Shown: one piece after another, positions 1-8,812 of the stretch
How positions within the stretch are numbered: the first letter of the stretch is position 1
How the letters are laid out: each line of letters starts with the position of its first letter
IMG/VR virus record: IMGVR_UViG_3300017978_000163
Coordinates: 1 to 39,431 of that record
Reading direction: 5' to 3' (one strand)
DNA: 39,431 nt
From: a virus
Made by a program: the position numbers and the translations under genes
Notes under the pieces: generated by a model
The model's input: the letters and a program-made list of their open reading frames with translations, nothing else
Told to the model about the DNA's origin: nothing
Database searches by the model: none

Positions 1-995
1 AACAGTCTCTTAACCATTGACATGATCACCCGCAAGTCTCTCGAAATCCTCGAGAACAACTTGGTGATCACCCGCAACGTGAACCGCCAGTACGACGACA
101 GCTTCGCTGTTGAAGGTGCCAAGATCGGTTCTACACTGCGTATCCGTTTGCCCGACCGCGCTCTGGTCACTGACGGTGCCGCCCTGCAAGTTCAGGACGA
201 CAACGAACAGTTCACCACTCTGACTGTCTCCAGCCAGAAGCACATCGGCATCAACTTCACATCCGCTGAATTGACCATGCAGTTGGACGACTTCGCAGAG
301 CGTGTCTTGAAGCCACGTATCAGCCAGTTGGCCTCCACCGTGGATGCTGACGTTGCCAACGCATACCGTTTGATCGGTAACTCTGTCGGCACCCCCGGCC
401 AAGCACCTGCCACCGCTTTGGTGCTGTTGCAAGCCCAGCAGAAGCTGAACGAGAACGCCGCTACCATGTCGCCTCGCTACGCTACTGTGAACCCTGCCGC
501 CAACGCTGGCTTGGTCAACGGTCTGTCTGGTTTCTTCAACCCCACCGATGTCATCTCGCGCCAGTTCAAGAACGGCATGATGGGTGAGCAAGTGTTGGGC
601 TACGAAGAAGTCAACATGAGCCAGTCGATCAAGGTTCACACCTGCGGTACCCGTGCTGCCACTGGCAACACGACCGGCGCTGCTGTGACCGCTGAAGGTG
701 CAACCACTCTGACGTTGACCGTCGGTTCTGGTGAAACCATCAACGCTGGTGACGTGTTCACAATCGCTGACTGCTTTGCTGCCAACCCACAGACCCGCGA
801 ATCCACCGGTTCGCTGTTCCAGTTCGTGGCACTGTCGTCTTCGACCACCAGCACCACCGCTACCGTGACTGTTGCCCCGATGTACTCGGCCAGCAACGCT
901 CTGTGTACGATGGTGTCGTTGCCCGCTACCAGCAAGGCTGTCGTGTTCGTTGGTGCTGCTTCGACCAGCTACCCACAGAACATGGTGTACCACCG
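1..995. repeat. Direct repeat copy A, identical to 38437..39431 (period 38436 bp); the window wraps around a circular or circularly permuted genome
   Basis: The first 995 nt match the last 995 nt when read by eye. The ORF track shows identical shadow ORFs at 192..467 = 38628..38903 and 636..935 = 39072..39371. Confidence 0.95.
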
Positions 996-1194
996 CGATG
1001 CCATCGCTTTCGCTACCGCCGACTTGTTGTTGCCACAAGGCGTGGACATGGCCTCCCGTGCCGTCCACAACGGCATCAGCTTGCGCGTGGTTCGTCAGTA
1101 CGACATCAACAACGACCGCATGCCTTGCCGTGTGGACGTTTTGTACGGCTACAACACCATCCGTCCTCAGATGGGTTGCCGTATCTGGGGTTAA
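1..1194 (+). CDS. Major capsid protein, P22 gp5-type coat (5' end cut by the window start; the true ATG is 38431 in the repeated copy)
   Basis: The frame is open from nt 1. The N-terminus (MSNSLLTIDMITRKSLEILENNLVITRNVNRQYDDSF) has the typical P22-coat-family opening. The gene follows a scaffold-like gene and is followed by a strong terminator. Confidence 0.85.
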   Translation, partial: NSLLTIDMITRKSLEILENNLVITRNVNRQYDDSFAVEGAKIGSTLRIRLPDRALVTDGAALQVQDDNEQFTTLTVSSQKHIGINFTSAELTMQLDDFAERVLKPRISQLASTVDADVANAYRLIGNSVGTPGQAPATALVLLQAQQKLNENAATMSPRYATVNPAANAGLVNGLSGFFNPTDVISRQFKNGMMGEQVLGYEEVNMSQSIKVHTCGTRAATGNTTGAAVTAEGATTLTLTVGSGETINAGDVFTIADCFAANPQTRESTGSLFQFVALSSSTTSTTATVTVAPMYSASNALCTMVSLPATSKAVVFVGAASTSYPQNMVYHRDAIAFATADLLLPQGVDMASRAVHNGISLRVVRQYDINNDRMPCRVDVLYGYNTIRPQMGCRIWG

Positions 1195-1197
1195 ACC

Positions 1198-1225
1198 AAA
1201 ACGGGGGCTTCGGCCCCTGTTTTTC
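1198..1225 (+). terminator. Rho-independent terminator after the capsid gene
   Basis: AAAACGGGGGC-UUCG-GCCCCUGUUUUU: a GC stem with a UUCG tetraloop and a T-run. Confidence 0.8.
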
Positions 1226-1251
1226 AAATCAATTCTTGAAAGGAAATCATC

Positions 1252-1665
1252 ATGTCTCTCCCTAACGGCGCAGGTGGCTATCAAGTTGGCGACGGCAACC
1301 TCGGCGAAGTCACATTCTTCGTGCAAGGTGCTCCCGCCTCTATCCCCGCTGGTGCGGCAACTCTGACCACGGATCAACTGGCGACAGGTATCGTTTTGGG
1401 CAACCCCGGCTCGTCCGCTGCTGCCTACACGCTGCCTACCGCTGCGTTGATGAACGCTGCATTCCCCAGCATGGGTGTGGATCGTGCGTTTGACTTCTCG
1501 GTGATCAACGTCGATGGTTCTAGTTCTGGTGTCATCACCTTGACTGCATCCACTGGCTTCACCATCGTGGGTCTGGCAACGGTTGCGGCCACAGCGGGCG
1601 CAGCACATCAGTTCCGCGCTCGTAAAACCGGCGCGAGCACTTGGGTGTTGTATCGCTTGTCGTAA
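1252..1665 (+). CDS. Hypothetical virion-associated protein (137 aa, Ala/Gly/Thr-rich, beta-rich), a possible capsid accessory or decoration protein
   Basis: ATG with an AAGGA SD 8 nt upstream. It sits directly after the coat gene and is bracketed by two near-identical terminators. Confidence 0.6.
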   Translation: MSLPNGAGGYQVGDGNLGEVTFFVQGAPASIPAGAATLTTDQLATGIVLGNPGSSAAAYTLPTAALMNAAFPSMGVDRAFDFSVINVDGSSSGVITLTASTGFTIVGLATVAATAGAAHQFRARKTGASTWVLYRLS

Positions 1666-1679
1666 TTTGGCAAACTGGT

Positions 1680-1704
1680 AAAACGGGGCTTCGGCCCCGT
1701 TTTC
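1680..1704 (+). terminator. Rho-independent terminator, near-identical to 1198..1225
   Basis: AAAACGGGGC-UUCG-GCCCCGUUUU: a perfect 10-bp stem with a UUCG loop. Confidence 0.8.
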
Positions 1705-1718
1705 ACATGGAGAATCAC

Positions 1719-1967
1719 ATGAACATCACACTCGTACACCCCATTCACGGTGCCAAAATTGCAATCAACGAAGTTGAAATCGCAAATGATGAAAAAAACG
1801 GCTGGACAAGGTACAATCCTGACACGCCCGTCAAGGTGGCATCCGAGTCGGTGACTGACGCGCCAAAGCGCAAGTACACCCGCAAAGTGACCGATCAACC
1901 CGTCGAACAGCCCAACGAAGTCCCTCCATTCCTGACTTCGGCAAGCGACGAATCCGAAGGAAAGTAA
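1719..1967 (+). CDS. Hypothetical protein (82 aa; alternative ATG at 1707)
   Basis: The ORF-track start at 1641 is a TTG inside the terminator. ATG 1719 has GGAGA 6 nt upstream. The C-terminal tail is acidic. Confidence 0.55.
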   Translation: MNITLVHPIHGAKIAINEVEIANDEKNGWTRYNPDTPVKVASESVTDAPKRKYTRKVTDQPVEQPNEVPPFLTSASDESEGK

Positions 1968-1968
1968 T

Positions 1969-2676
1969 ATGGCAACCGCTGGCGACCAAATCAACCGGGC
2001 ACTTCGTTTGCTCGGCATCCTTGCCGAAGGTGAAACACCGTCAGCGGCAACCAGTCAAGACGCGCTCTTGGCAATGGACCAGATGGTCGACTCGTGGAAC
2101 ACCGAGCGCTTGTCTGTGTTTTGCACCGAGGACCAAGTGTTCAGTTGGCCTTCTGGTGAAATCAAACGCACTCTTGGTCCGTCTGGTGACTTTGTGGGCA
2201 ACCGCCCAATTCAGCTTGACGATGGTACGTATTACCGCGCCCCCAGTGGCGTGTCGTATGGTGTCAAGTTCATCAACCAAGACCAGTACAACGGCATCGC
2301 GGTCAAGACCTCCACATCGACCTTTCCGCAGGTGATCTTTGTCAACAACACGTTTCCCAACGTGGAAATGTTCATTTACCCCCGCCCAACTCAGGTGCTG
2401 GAGTGGCATTTCATCTCGGTCAAGCAGTTGGACAAACCCGCAGCTTTGACGACCAACTTGCATTTTCCACCCGGCTACATGCGGGCGTTTGCCTACAACT
2501 TGGCGATGGAAATTGCGCCCGAGTTTGGCGTTGAGCCATCGCCGCAGGTGTCGCGCATTGCCATGACCAGCAAGCGCAACTTGAAGCGCATCAACAACCC
2601 ATACGACGTGATGAGTCTGCCTTACGCTGTGGTGGCAAACCGTCAGCGATTCAACATCTACGCCGGGAACTTCTGA
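1969..2676 (+). CDS. Head-to-tail adaptor / head completion protein, P22 gp4-like
   Basis: The N-terminus (GDQINRALRLLGILAEGETPSAATSQDALLAMDQMVDSW) resembles the gp4 opening (DLVRAALRKLGV...DAVDDLEAMMAEW, from memory). The gene sits in the position between coat and a gp10-like gene. Confidence 0.6.
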   Translation: MATAGDQINRALRLLGILAEGETPSAATSQDALLAMDQMVDSWNTERLSVFCTEDQVFSWPSGEIKRTLGPSGDFVGNRPIQLDDGTYYRAPSGVSYGVKFINQDQYNGIAVKTSTSTFPQVIFVNNTFPNVEMFIYPRPTQVLEWHFISVKQLDKPAALTTNLHFPPGYMRAFAYNLAMEIAPEFGVEPSPQVSRIAMTSKRNLKRINNPYDVMSLPYAVVANRQRFNIYAGNF

Positions 2677-4121
2677 TGGACACCCCGATCCTTGGTTCAA
2701 GCTATGTGGCCCGCAGCGTCAACGCTGCCGACAACCGCATGGTCAACATGTACTCAGAAATCGTCCCCGAGGGTGGAAAAAGCGCGGCATTTTTGTCGCG
2801 CTGTCCCGGTCTGCGCCGACTGATTGCCGCAGGTAACGGTCCGATCCGTGGGCTGTGGGTGCTCAAAGAATACCTGTACGCTGTCTCGGGCGACACGTTC
2901 TACCGGCTCAATTTGATCGACAACACCAGCCGCTGGCGCGTCAAACCCTTGGGTACCGTGACGGGCACTGGTCCCGTGTCCATGTCGGACAACGGCACCC
3001 AGATTTTCATTGCTTGCAACCCTGACGGGTTCATCTACAACGCGACCACCGAGGTGTTTGCCCAGATCATCGACCCGGACTTTCCCGGTGCGGTCAAAGT
3101 GTCGTACCTCGACGGCTATTTTGTGTTCAACGAACCCAACAGCGCACGGGTGTGGGTGACATCGTTACTCGACGGTCTGTCCGTCGACCCGCTTGACTTT
3201 GCCAGCGCCGAGGGCGACCCGGACGGCTTGGTGTCGCTGATTGTTGACCACCGTGAAGCATGGCTGTTTGGTGCCAACTCAATTGAGGTTTGGTACAACG
3301 CTGGCTTGCCCGACTTTCCGTTACAGCGCATCCAAGGCGCTTTTAACGAAATTGGGTGTGAAGCCCCCTACTCGGTCGCCAAGCTCGATAACGGCCTGTT
3401 TTGGTTGGGTTCTGACGCCCGTGGGCGGGGTATTGTCTACCGCGCCAACGGTTACACCGGCCAACGCATTTCGACCCACGCTGTTGAGTGGCAAATTCAG
3501 CAGTACACCAACATGTCGGATGCAATTGGCTACACGTATCAGCAAGACGGCCATGCGTTCTACGTGCTCATTTTCCCCACCGCGCAGACCACTTGGGTCT
3601 ATGACGTGGCAACGGGCGCGTGGCATGAGCGGGCCGGTTGGTCCAATGGCAACTTTGTGCGTCACCGCTCCAACTGCCAAGCCGTGTACGGCAACAACAT
3701 CGTCGTGGGTGATTTTGAAAACGGCAACATCTACGCTTTTGACCTTGACGAATACGCCGACAATGGTGAGATTCAGAAATGGTTACGGTCATGGCGGGCG
3801 CTGGCACCCAACACGAACAACCTCAAGCGAACCGCACAACACAGTCTGCAAATCGATTGTGAGTCGGGGGTTGGCACAAACACGGGTCAGGGAAGCGATC
3901 CGCAAATGATGCTGCGCTGGTCTGACGATGGTGGGCACACTTGGTCCAACGAGCATTGGACATCGGTGGGCAAGATTGGCGAATACTATCGCCGGGTCAT
4001 TTGGCGGCGCTTGGGTATGACGCTCAAGCTGCGTGACCGTGTGTACGAGATTTCGGGCACTGATCCGGTCAAACTCGCTATCATGGGTGCCGAACTGCAT
4101 GTGACGCCGACCAATGCCTGA
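2676..4121 (+). CDS. Tail hub / packaged-DNA stabilisation protein, P22 gp10-like
   Basis: The size (481 aa) is close to gp10 (about 472 aa). The C-terminus (RRVIWRRLGMTLKLRDRVYEISG) resembles the gp10 C-terminus (VLWKRVGRIRRLIGFKLRV, from memory). Its start overlaps the gp4-like gene's stop codon by 1 nt (TGATG), which suggests translational coupling. Confidence 0.6.
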   Translation: MDTPILGSSYVARSVNAADNRMVNMYSEIVPEGGKSAAFLSRCPGLRRLIAAGNGPIRGLWVLKEYLYAVSGDTFYRLNLIDNTSRWRVKPLGTVTGTGPVSMSDNGTQIFIACNPDGFIYNATTEVFAQIIDPDFPGAVKVSYLDGYFVFNEPNSARVWVTSLLDGLSVDPLDFASAEGDPDGLVSLIVDHREAWLFGANSIEVWYNAGLPDFPLQRIQGAFNEIGCEAPYSVAKLDNGLFWLGSDARGRGIVYRANGYTGQRISTHAVEWQIQQYTNMSDAIGYTYQQDGHAFYVLIFPTAQTTWVYDVATGAWHERAGWSNGNFVRHRSNCQAVYGNNIVVGDFENGNIYAFDLDEYADNGEIQKWLRSWRALAPNTNNLKRTAQHSLQIDCESGVGTNTGQGSDPQMMLRWSDDGGHTWSNEHWTSVGKIGEYYRRVIWRRLGMTLKLRDRVYEISGTDPVKLAIMGAELHVTPTNA

Positions 4122-5757
4122 ACAGCAAAACATCACCAACATCCCGTCCAATCGTGTTGAGATCATCGATCCGCGCACGGGGATGGTGTCGCGTGAGTGG
4201 TACCGGTTTTTCCTGAACTTGTTCACCCTTGCGGGTAACGGCGGCAACCAGACATCGCTGGACGATTTGCAGGTTGGGCCACCACCTCAACCAGATTCTG
4301 GTGGCGGCGGTGGTGGTGGCGGCTCGGGCACAGTCACCTCGGTGGATGGTACGGGTGGTGCGGGCATTTCCGTCACGGGGGGCCCCATTACCACCAGTGG
4401 CACGTTGACCATTACCAACACAGCCCCTGACCAAGTTGTCAGTTTGACGGCGGGTACGGGTATAAGCACGAGTGGTACTTACCCTAACTTTACAATCACC
4501 AACACCAGCCCATCGACAGGTGGTGATGTGGTTGGTCCATCGTCTGCGACAGACAATGCTGTGGCTCGTTACGACACGACTACGGGCAAATTGATCCAAA
4601 ACAGTTTGGTCTTGATAGACGACACCGGCAGTGTGACGGGTGTTAACGCCCTGACCGCCGAAAGCCTTACGGTAAACAACAACGCCACACTGGGGTCGTC
4701 AAACACCGACACCTTAGAGGTGAGATCGCGCATCACAACCGATTTGGAACCCAACGCCGACAATGCCAAAGACATTGGTACCAGCGGTAGAAACTGGCGT
4801 GATGGGTTTTTTGGCAGAAACCTCAGTACCGTGAACCTTGAGGTTACCGGCACAACAAGTTTCGACGGTGCTCAAGGCACAAGTGGTCAAGTCCTGACAT
4901 CGGCTGGCACGGGCGCTACGCCTACATGGACAACGCCAACAACTGGTACAGTGACATCGGTGGCTGCTGCCGCAGGAACGGGCATTTCCGTTTCAGGTAG
5001 CCCCATCACAACCAGCGGCACAATCACCATCACCAACACGGCACCCGATCAGGTTGTCAGTTTGACGGGTGCTGGGACAACTGCTGTCACTGGAACCTAC
5101 CCCAACTTCACCATCACATCGAACGACGCCTTCACCGGCACCGTGACAAGTGTTGGCGGCACGGGCACGGTCAGCGGGTTAACCCTAACTGGCACTGTCA
5201 CGACCAGCGGCAATTTGACCCTAGGTGGCACCCTTGCCGTCACCCCGTCCGACTTTGCATCGCAGACGGCCAACACGGTGCTTGCCGCACCCAACGGTTC
5301 TGCTGGCACACCCACGTTCCGCGCACTGGTTGCCGCAGACGTGCCCACGCTCAACCAAAACACCACGGGCACCGCTGCCAACGTAACGGGCACCGTGGCG
5401 ATTGCCAACGGTGGTACGGGCCAAACGACGCAGACGGCAGCGTTTGACGCGCTTGCACCCACGACCACCAAAGGCGACCTGATCGTCGATAACGGCACCA
5501 ACAACGTCCGTTTGGCCGTGGGTATTGACACATACGTGCTTACAGCCGACTCCACCGTTGCGGCGGGAGTTAAGTGGGCCGCTCCTGCTGGTGGTGGCAG
5601 CAACATCACAGCCCAAGGGTTGTGGGAAAATAACACCACCATTTCCAGCAACTACACGATTGCAACTGGCAACAACGCCATGTCGGCAGGTCCGATCACC
5701 GTGGCGTCTGGTGTTGTTGTCACCGTGCCGACGGGTTCGGTCTGGACTATTGTTTAA
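4114..5757 (+). CDS. Tail fibre / tail needle-position fibre protein with internal repeats
   Basis: It has a Gly8 linker and two ~60-aa repeats (GTVTSV..ITTSGT.TITNTAPDQVVSLT..GTYPNFTIT). Generic fibre motifs are present (NAVARYDTTTGKLIQNS, GQVLTSAGTGATPTW, KGDLIVDNGTNNVRLAVG). It sits after the gp10-like gene. Confidence 0.8.
   Translation: MPEQQNITNIPSNRVEIIDPRTGMVSREWYRFFLNLFTLAGNGGNQTSLDDLQVGPPPQPDSGGGGGGGGSGTVTSVDGTGGAGISVTGGPITTSGTLTITNTAPDQVVSLTAGTGISTSGTYPNFTITNTSPSTGGDVVGPSSATDNAVARYDTTTGKLIQNSLVLIDDTGSVTGVNALTAESLTVNNNATLGSSNTDTLEVRSRITTDLEPNADNAKDIGTSGRNWRDGFFGRNLSTVNLEVTGTTSFDGAQGTSGQVLTSAGTGATPTWTTPTTGTVTSVAAAAGTGISVSGSPITTSGTITITNTAPDQVVSLTGAGTTAVTGTYPNFTITSNDAFTGTVTSVGGTGTVSGLTLTGTVTTSGNLTLGGTLAVTPSDFASQTANTVLAAPNGSAGTPTFRALVAADVPTLNQNTTGTAANVTGTVAIANGGTGQTTQTAAFDALAPTTTKGDLIVDNGTNNVRLAVGIDTYVLTADSTVAAGVKWAAPAGGGSNITAQGLWENNTTISSNYTIATGNNAMSAGPITVASGVVVTVPTGSVWTIV
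4327..5229 (+). repeat. Intragenic coding repeats of the fibre gene (copy 1 at 4327..4506, copy 2 at 4945..5121, partial copy 3 at 5137..5229)
   Basis: Protein residues 72-131 and 278-336 are near-identical, and residues 342-372 form a partial third copy. Confidence 0.8.
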
Positions 5758-5766
5758 GGAACTGAC

Positions 5767-6108
5767 ATGACTGTCACCGCACGAAATCTGGTGCCCGCCA
5801 AGCTGGTCGAAAACACCCAAACCACCCAGTACATTGTGGCAAGCAACGTCACGGCCACCATCATCGACAAGTTCACCGCCACAAACGTCAGCGGTAGCAC
5901 AGCGACCATCAGCGTCAACTTGGTCACTGGGTCGGATACACCCGGGGACAGGAACTTGATCACCAAAACCAAGAGCTTGGCGGCGTCCGAGGTCTACACT
6001 TTCCCCGAACTGGTGGGTCAGATTTTGCCCAACACGGCGTTCATTTCGACCATTGCCAGTGCAGCCAATGCCATCAACATGCGGGTCAGTGGGCGCGAAA
6101 TCACATGA
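5767..6108 (+). CDS. Hypothetical small beta-rich protein downstream of the tail fibre (113 aa)
   Basis: ATG with an AAGGAA SD. It follows the conserved fibre 3' flank. Its stop overlaps the next gene's start (ATGA). Confidence 0.6.
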   Translation: MTVTARNLVPAKLVENTQTTQYIVASNVTATIIDKFTATNVSGSTATISVNLVTGSDTPGDRNLITKTKSLAASEVYTFPELVGQILPNTAFISTIASAANAINMRVSGREIT

Positions 6109-6578
6109 GCATTACGGTAACTTACGGTAAAGGTTTTGAAGTTCAGCCGCCACAACTGATGCGGCAGAAGGTAGAATTGCTGCAACAGGAACTGTCCAAG
6201 ATGCCTCAGTACGAACCTGAGACAAAGCACTATTTCCACGGCGGCATGTACTGTCGTGAAGTGTTTCGTCACGCTGGTGTTCTGGTGGTGGGGGCGGTTC
6301 ACAAGAAAGAACACCTGTACCTCATCGTTTCAGGAACCGTGGCAATCACGGACGGTGAGGGGAATGTGCAAGAGGTCACCGGGCCTCATTTGTTCCAAAG
6401 CAAACCCGGGACGAAGCGGGCCGTGTACGCTGTCACTGACGCGCTTTGCATGACATTTCACGCCATCGAGGCGACAACTATTGAAGACGCCGAAGCCGAA
6501 CTGGTTGAGGTTGAACCCAATTCGATGTACAGTCTCGGTAATCAGGTCAAACACACAGAAATTGAGGTGCATCCATGA
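6105..6578 (+). CDS. Hypothetical protein, possibly cupin-like beta-barrel (157 aa)
   Basis: It has ATGA coupling on both sides. The segment GVLVVGAVHKKEHLYLIVSGTVAITDGEGNVQEVTGPHLF looks like a double-stranded beta-helix, but the fold call is weak. Confidence 0.4.
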   Translation: MSITVTYGKGFEVQPPQLMRQKVELLQQELSKMPQYEPETKHYFHGGMYCREVFRHAGVLVVGAVHKKEHLYLIVSGTVAITDGEGNVQEVTGPHLFQSKPGTKRAVYAVTDALCMTFHAIEATTIEDAEAELVEVEPNSMYSLGNQVKHTEIEVHP

Positions 6579-7444
6579 CTTTTTGGGTTGCTGGTGCAGT
6601 TGTTGCAAGTACGGCGATTAGCGCAAACGCTGCGGGTAAAGCCGCAAAATCTCAAGCACGATCCGCAGAAGCTGCGGGGCAGGTGCAACAGGATGCTGCT
6701 ATTCGCGCTGCTGAAATTCAAGCCGCCTCCGCTCGTGAGTCTGCTCAAATCCAACAACGGATTGCAGAGCAGCAGATGGCGTTGGAGCGAGAGCAATTCA
6801 ATCGACAAATTGAATTACAGCAGCCGTTCCACACGGCAGGTGTGAACGCGCTTAACCAGTTGGTGCCCTTGGCTTCCAACTACACCCCATTTGGCATGGA
6901 GCAGTTTCAAGCTGACCCCGGTTACTCGTTCCGCATGAGTGAAGGAATGAAGGCGCTTGAGCGATCTGCTGCGGCCCGTGGTGGGCTGTTGTCGGGTAGC
7001 GGGATGAAAAACATCCAACGGTTTGGTCAGAATCTGGCATCCGACGAGTACACCAACGCATTCAACCGTTACCAAATCGAGCGTAACGCCCGACTCAACC
7101 CCCTTCAATCTCTCGCAGGTGCTGGTCAAACGTCTGCTGGGCAGATTGGTCAAGCGGGTCAAGTGATGACTGCGGGCATCGGTCAAGCCGGTCAATCATT
7201 GGCATCTGGCATGACCGGCATCAACCAGAACATGGCGAACAACTTGACCAACATCAACCAGAACGCAGCACGTGCGACAGGTGACGCGATAACTGGTGCG
7301 GCACAGGCCCGAGCATCGGGTTACGTGGGTCAATCCAACGCGCTGACCAACGCACTGAACACTGGTTTGAACTTCTACCAAAGTCAGCAAATGATGAACA
7401 TGCTGAAGCCCACAACGGTCCCAATGATTTACGGTGGCGGTTAA
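6575..7444 (+). CDS. Internal virion / ejection protein (P22 gp7 position), with an N-terminal hydrophobic segment
   Basis: 289 aa, with a Q/A/G/N-rich low-complexity composition. It is the first of three consecutive genes whose sizes (289/452/708 aa) and order mirror P22 gp7/gp20/gp16. Confidence 0.55.
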   Translation: MTFWVAGAVVASTAISANAAGKAAKSQARSAEAAGQVQQDAAIRAAEIQAASARESAQIQQRIAEQQMALEREQFNRQIELQQPFHTAGVNALNQLVPLASNYTPFGMEQFQADPGYSFRMSEGMKALERSAAARGGLLSGSGMKNIQRFGQNLASDEYTNAFNRYQIERNARLNPLQSLAGAGQTSAGQIGQAGQVMTAGIGQAGQSLASGMTGINQNMANNLTNINQNAARATGDAITGAAQARASGYVGQSNALTNALNTGLNFYQSQQMMNMLKPTTVPMIYGGG

Positions 7445-7453
7445 GGATCAATC

Positions 7454-8812
7454 ATGCCAATCAACCCCAACATCGCACTCTCCGCTCGTAGCATTGAACT
7501 GCAAAACCCGCTGGACCAGTACAGCAAGGTCATGGCGATTCAAAACGCGCAGCAACAAAACGCCCTTGCCCAACGACAGATGCAGCAGTCGGAGCGAGAA
7601 CTCGCCTCGACCAACGCGCTAAACCAAGCGTACAAGCAAGCGTACAACCCACAGACCGGCGAGGTTGACCTTAACGCGCTGCGCGGCACGTTGGCAACTG
7701 GTGGCTACGGTTCCAAATTGCCAGCTATTGAGGAAAACATTTTTAAGGCTCGGGGTGCGAAAGCCACGGCCCTGAAAGGTGAGACTGAGTTGCTGGATGC
7801 CAAGCTGAAGCAGTCGCGTCAGTTCTTGGAAACGATTGACCCCAACGACCCAGCATCTGCTGACGCCTACATGGCGTGGCATCAGGCTAACCACGCCGAC
7901 CCCGTGATCGGCAAGGCATTGGACGCCCGTGGTATCACGGTCGACCAATCGATGGCTCGTATCCAGCAGTTGATGCAGACCCCGGGTGGTCTTGCTCGGC
8001 TGATCAACGAGTCTAAGGTGGGTACTGAGAAATTCATGGAAATGAACAAGCCTCAGTTGTCCAACGTCGATTTGAACAACAAGGTGGTGTCTCAGTTGGT
8101 TGAACCGCTGACAGGCAAGGTCACCAAAGTTGGCGAAATGACGAAGGGTATGACCCCCGGCGAAGCCAAGCGCATTTCTCTTGAAGCCCGTCGAGTGGCG
8201 GTGTTGGAAGAGAACGCTCGTCGTGACGCCGACCCCAAATTCCAAGAGCGCATGGCAAATGCCCGGGAAACCGGTATTGCGATTGCCAAGGGTGATGTGG
8301 CCGCTACACAAGCGTTGCCGAAAGTGCTCACCCGTGCGGAAGAGGCGATCCGAACCATTGACCAGTTGATTGGTAAGCGTGACTCGGTGACTGGCAAGTT
8401 GCTGACAAAAGACCCAGTGACTGGTGAGCCATTGAAGAACAACAAACCGCACCCCGGGTTTACCGGTGCTGTGGGTGCCACGTTCCTCCCCGGTGCCCGA
8501 TTTGTCGATGGTACCGACGCAGCCAGCTTCATGTCTCGCCATGACCAAATCAAGGGCGCATCGTTCCTTGAGGCGTTTGAATCGCTCAAGGGTGGTGGTG
8601 CAATTACGCAGGTCGAAGGTGAGAAGGCCACGGACGCCATCAACCGCATGTCGATTGCGACAAACGAGAATGAATACATCCGTGCGGCACTTGACCTGCA
8701 AGATGTGGTTCGCAAAGGTGTTGCAAACGCACAAGCCAAAGCTGCTCGGGCGGGTAGTCGTAATGCGCCAGCACCCGCTGCCGGTGGTGCCACATTCTTG
8801 GGATTTGAATAA
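7454..8812 (+). CDS. Internal virion / ejection protein (gp20 position)
   Basis: 452 aa and coiled-coil rich. AAGGA SD. Assigned by synteny. Confidence 0.5.
   Translation: MPINPNIALSARSIELQNPLDQYSKVMAIQNAQQQNALAQRQMQQSERELASTNALNQAYKQAYNPQTGEVDLNALRGTLATGGYGSKLPAIEENIFKARGAKATALKGETELLDAKLKQSRQFLETIDPNDPASADAYMAWHQANHADPVIGKALDARGITVDQSMARIQQLMQTPGGLARLINESKVGTEKFMEMNKPQLSNVDLNNKVVSQLVEPLTGKVTKVGEMTKGMTPGEAKRISLEARRVAVLEENARRDADPKFQERMANARETGIAIAKGDVAATQALPKVLTRAEEAIRTIDQLIGKRDSVTGKLLTKDPVTGEPLKNNKPHPGFTGAVGATFLPGARFVDGTDAASFMSRHDQIKGASFLEAFESLKGGGAITQVEGEKATDAINRMSIATNENEYIRAALDLQDVVRKGVANAQAKAARAGSRNAPAPAAGGATFLGFE

Noticed and set aside
10-1608. A 532-aa minus-strand ORF, and other long antisense or out-of-frame ORFs. 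Examples: 7619..9082 -, 8092..9789 -, 9459..10304 -, 16515..17657 +, 18905..19879 +, 20956..21879 +, 24471..25256 -, 32631..34214 -, 35638..36885 -, 38446..39429 -.
   Set aside because: They lie entirely opposite or out of frame to genes with clear family motifs. Their compositions are Arg/Gly/His/Cys-rich, typical of shadow frames in GC-rich DNA. They lack SDs and break the tight operon packing.
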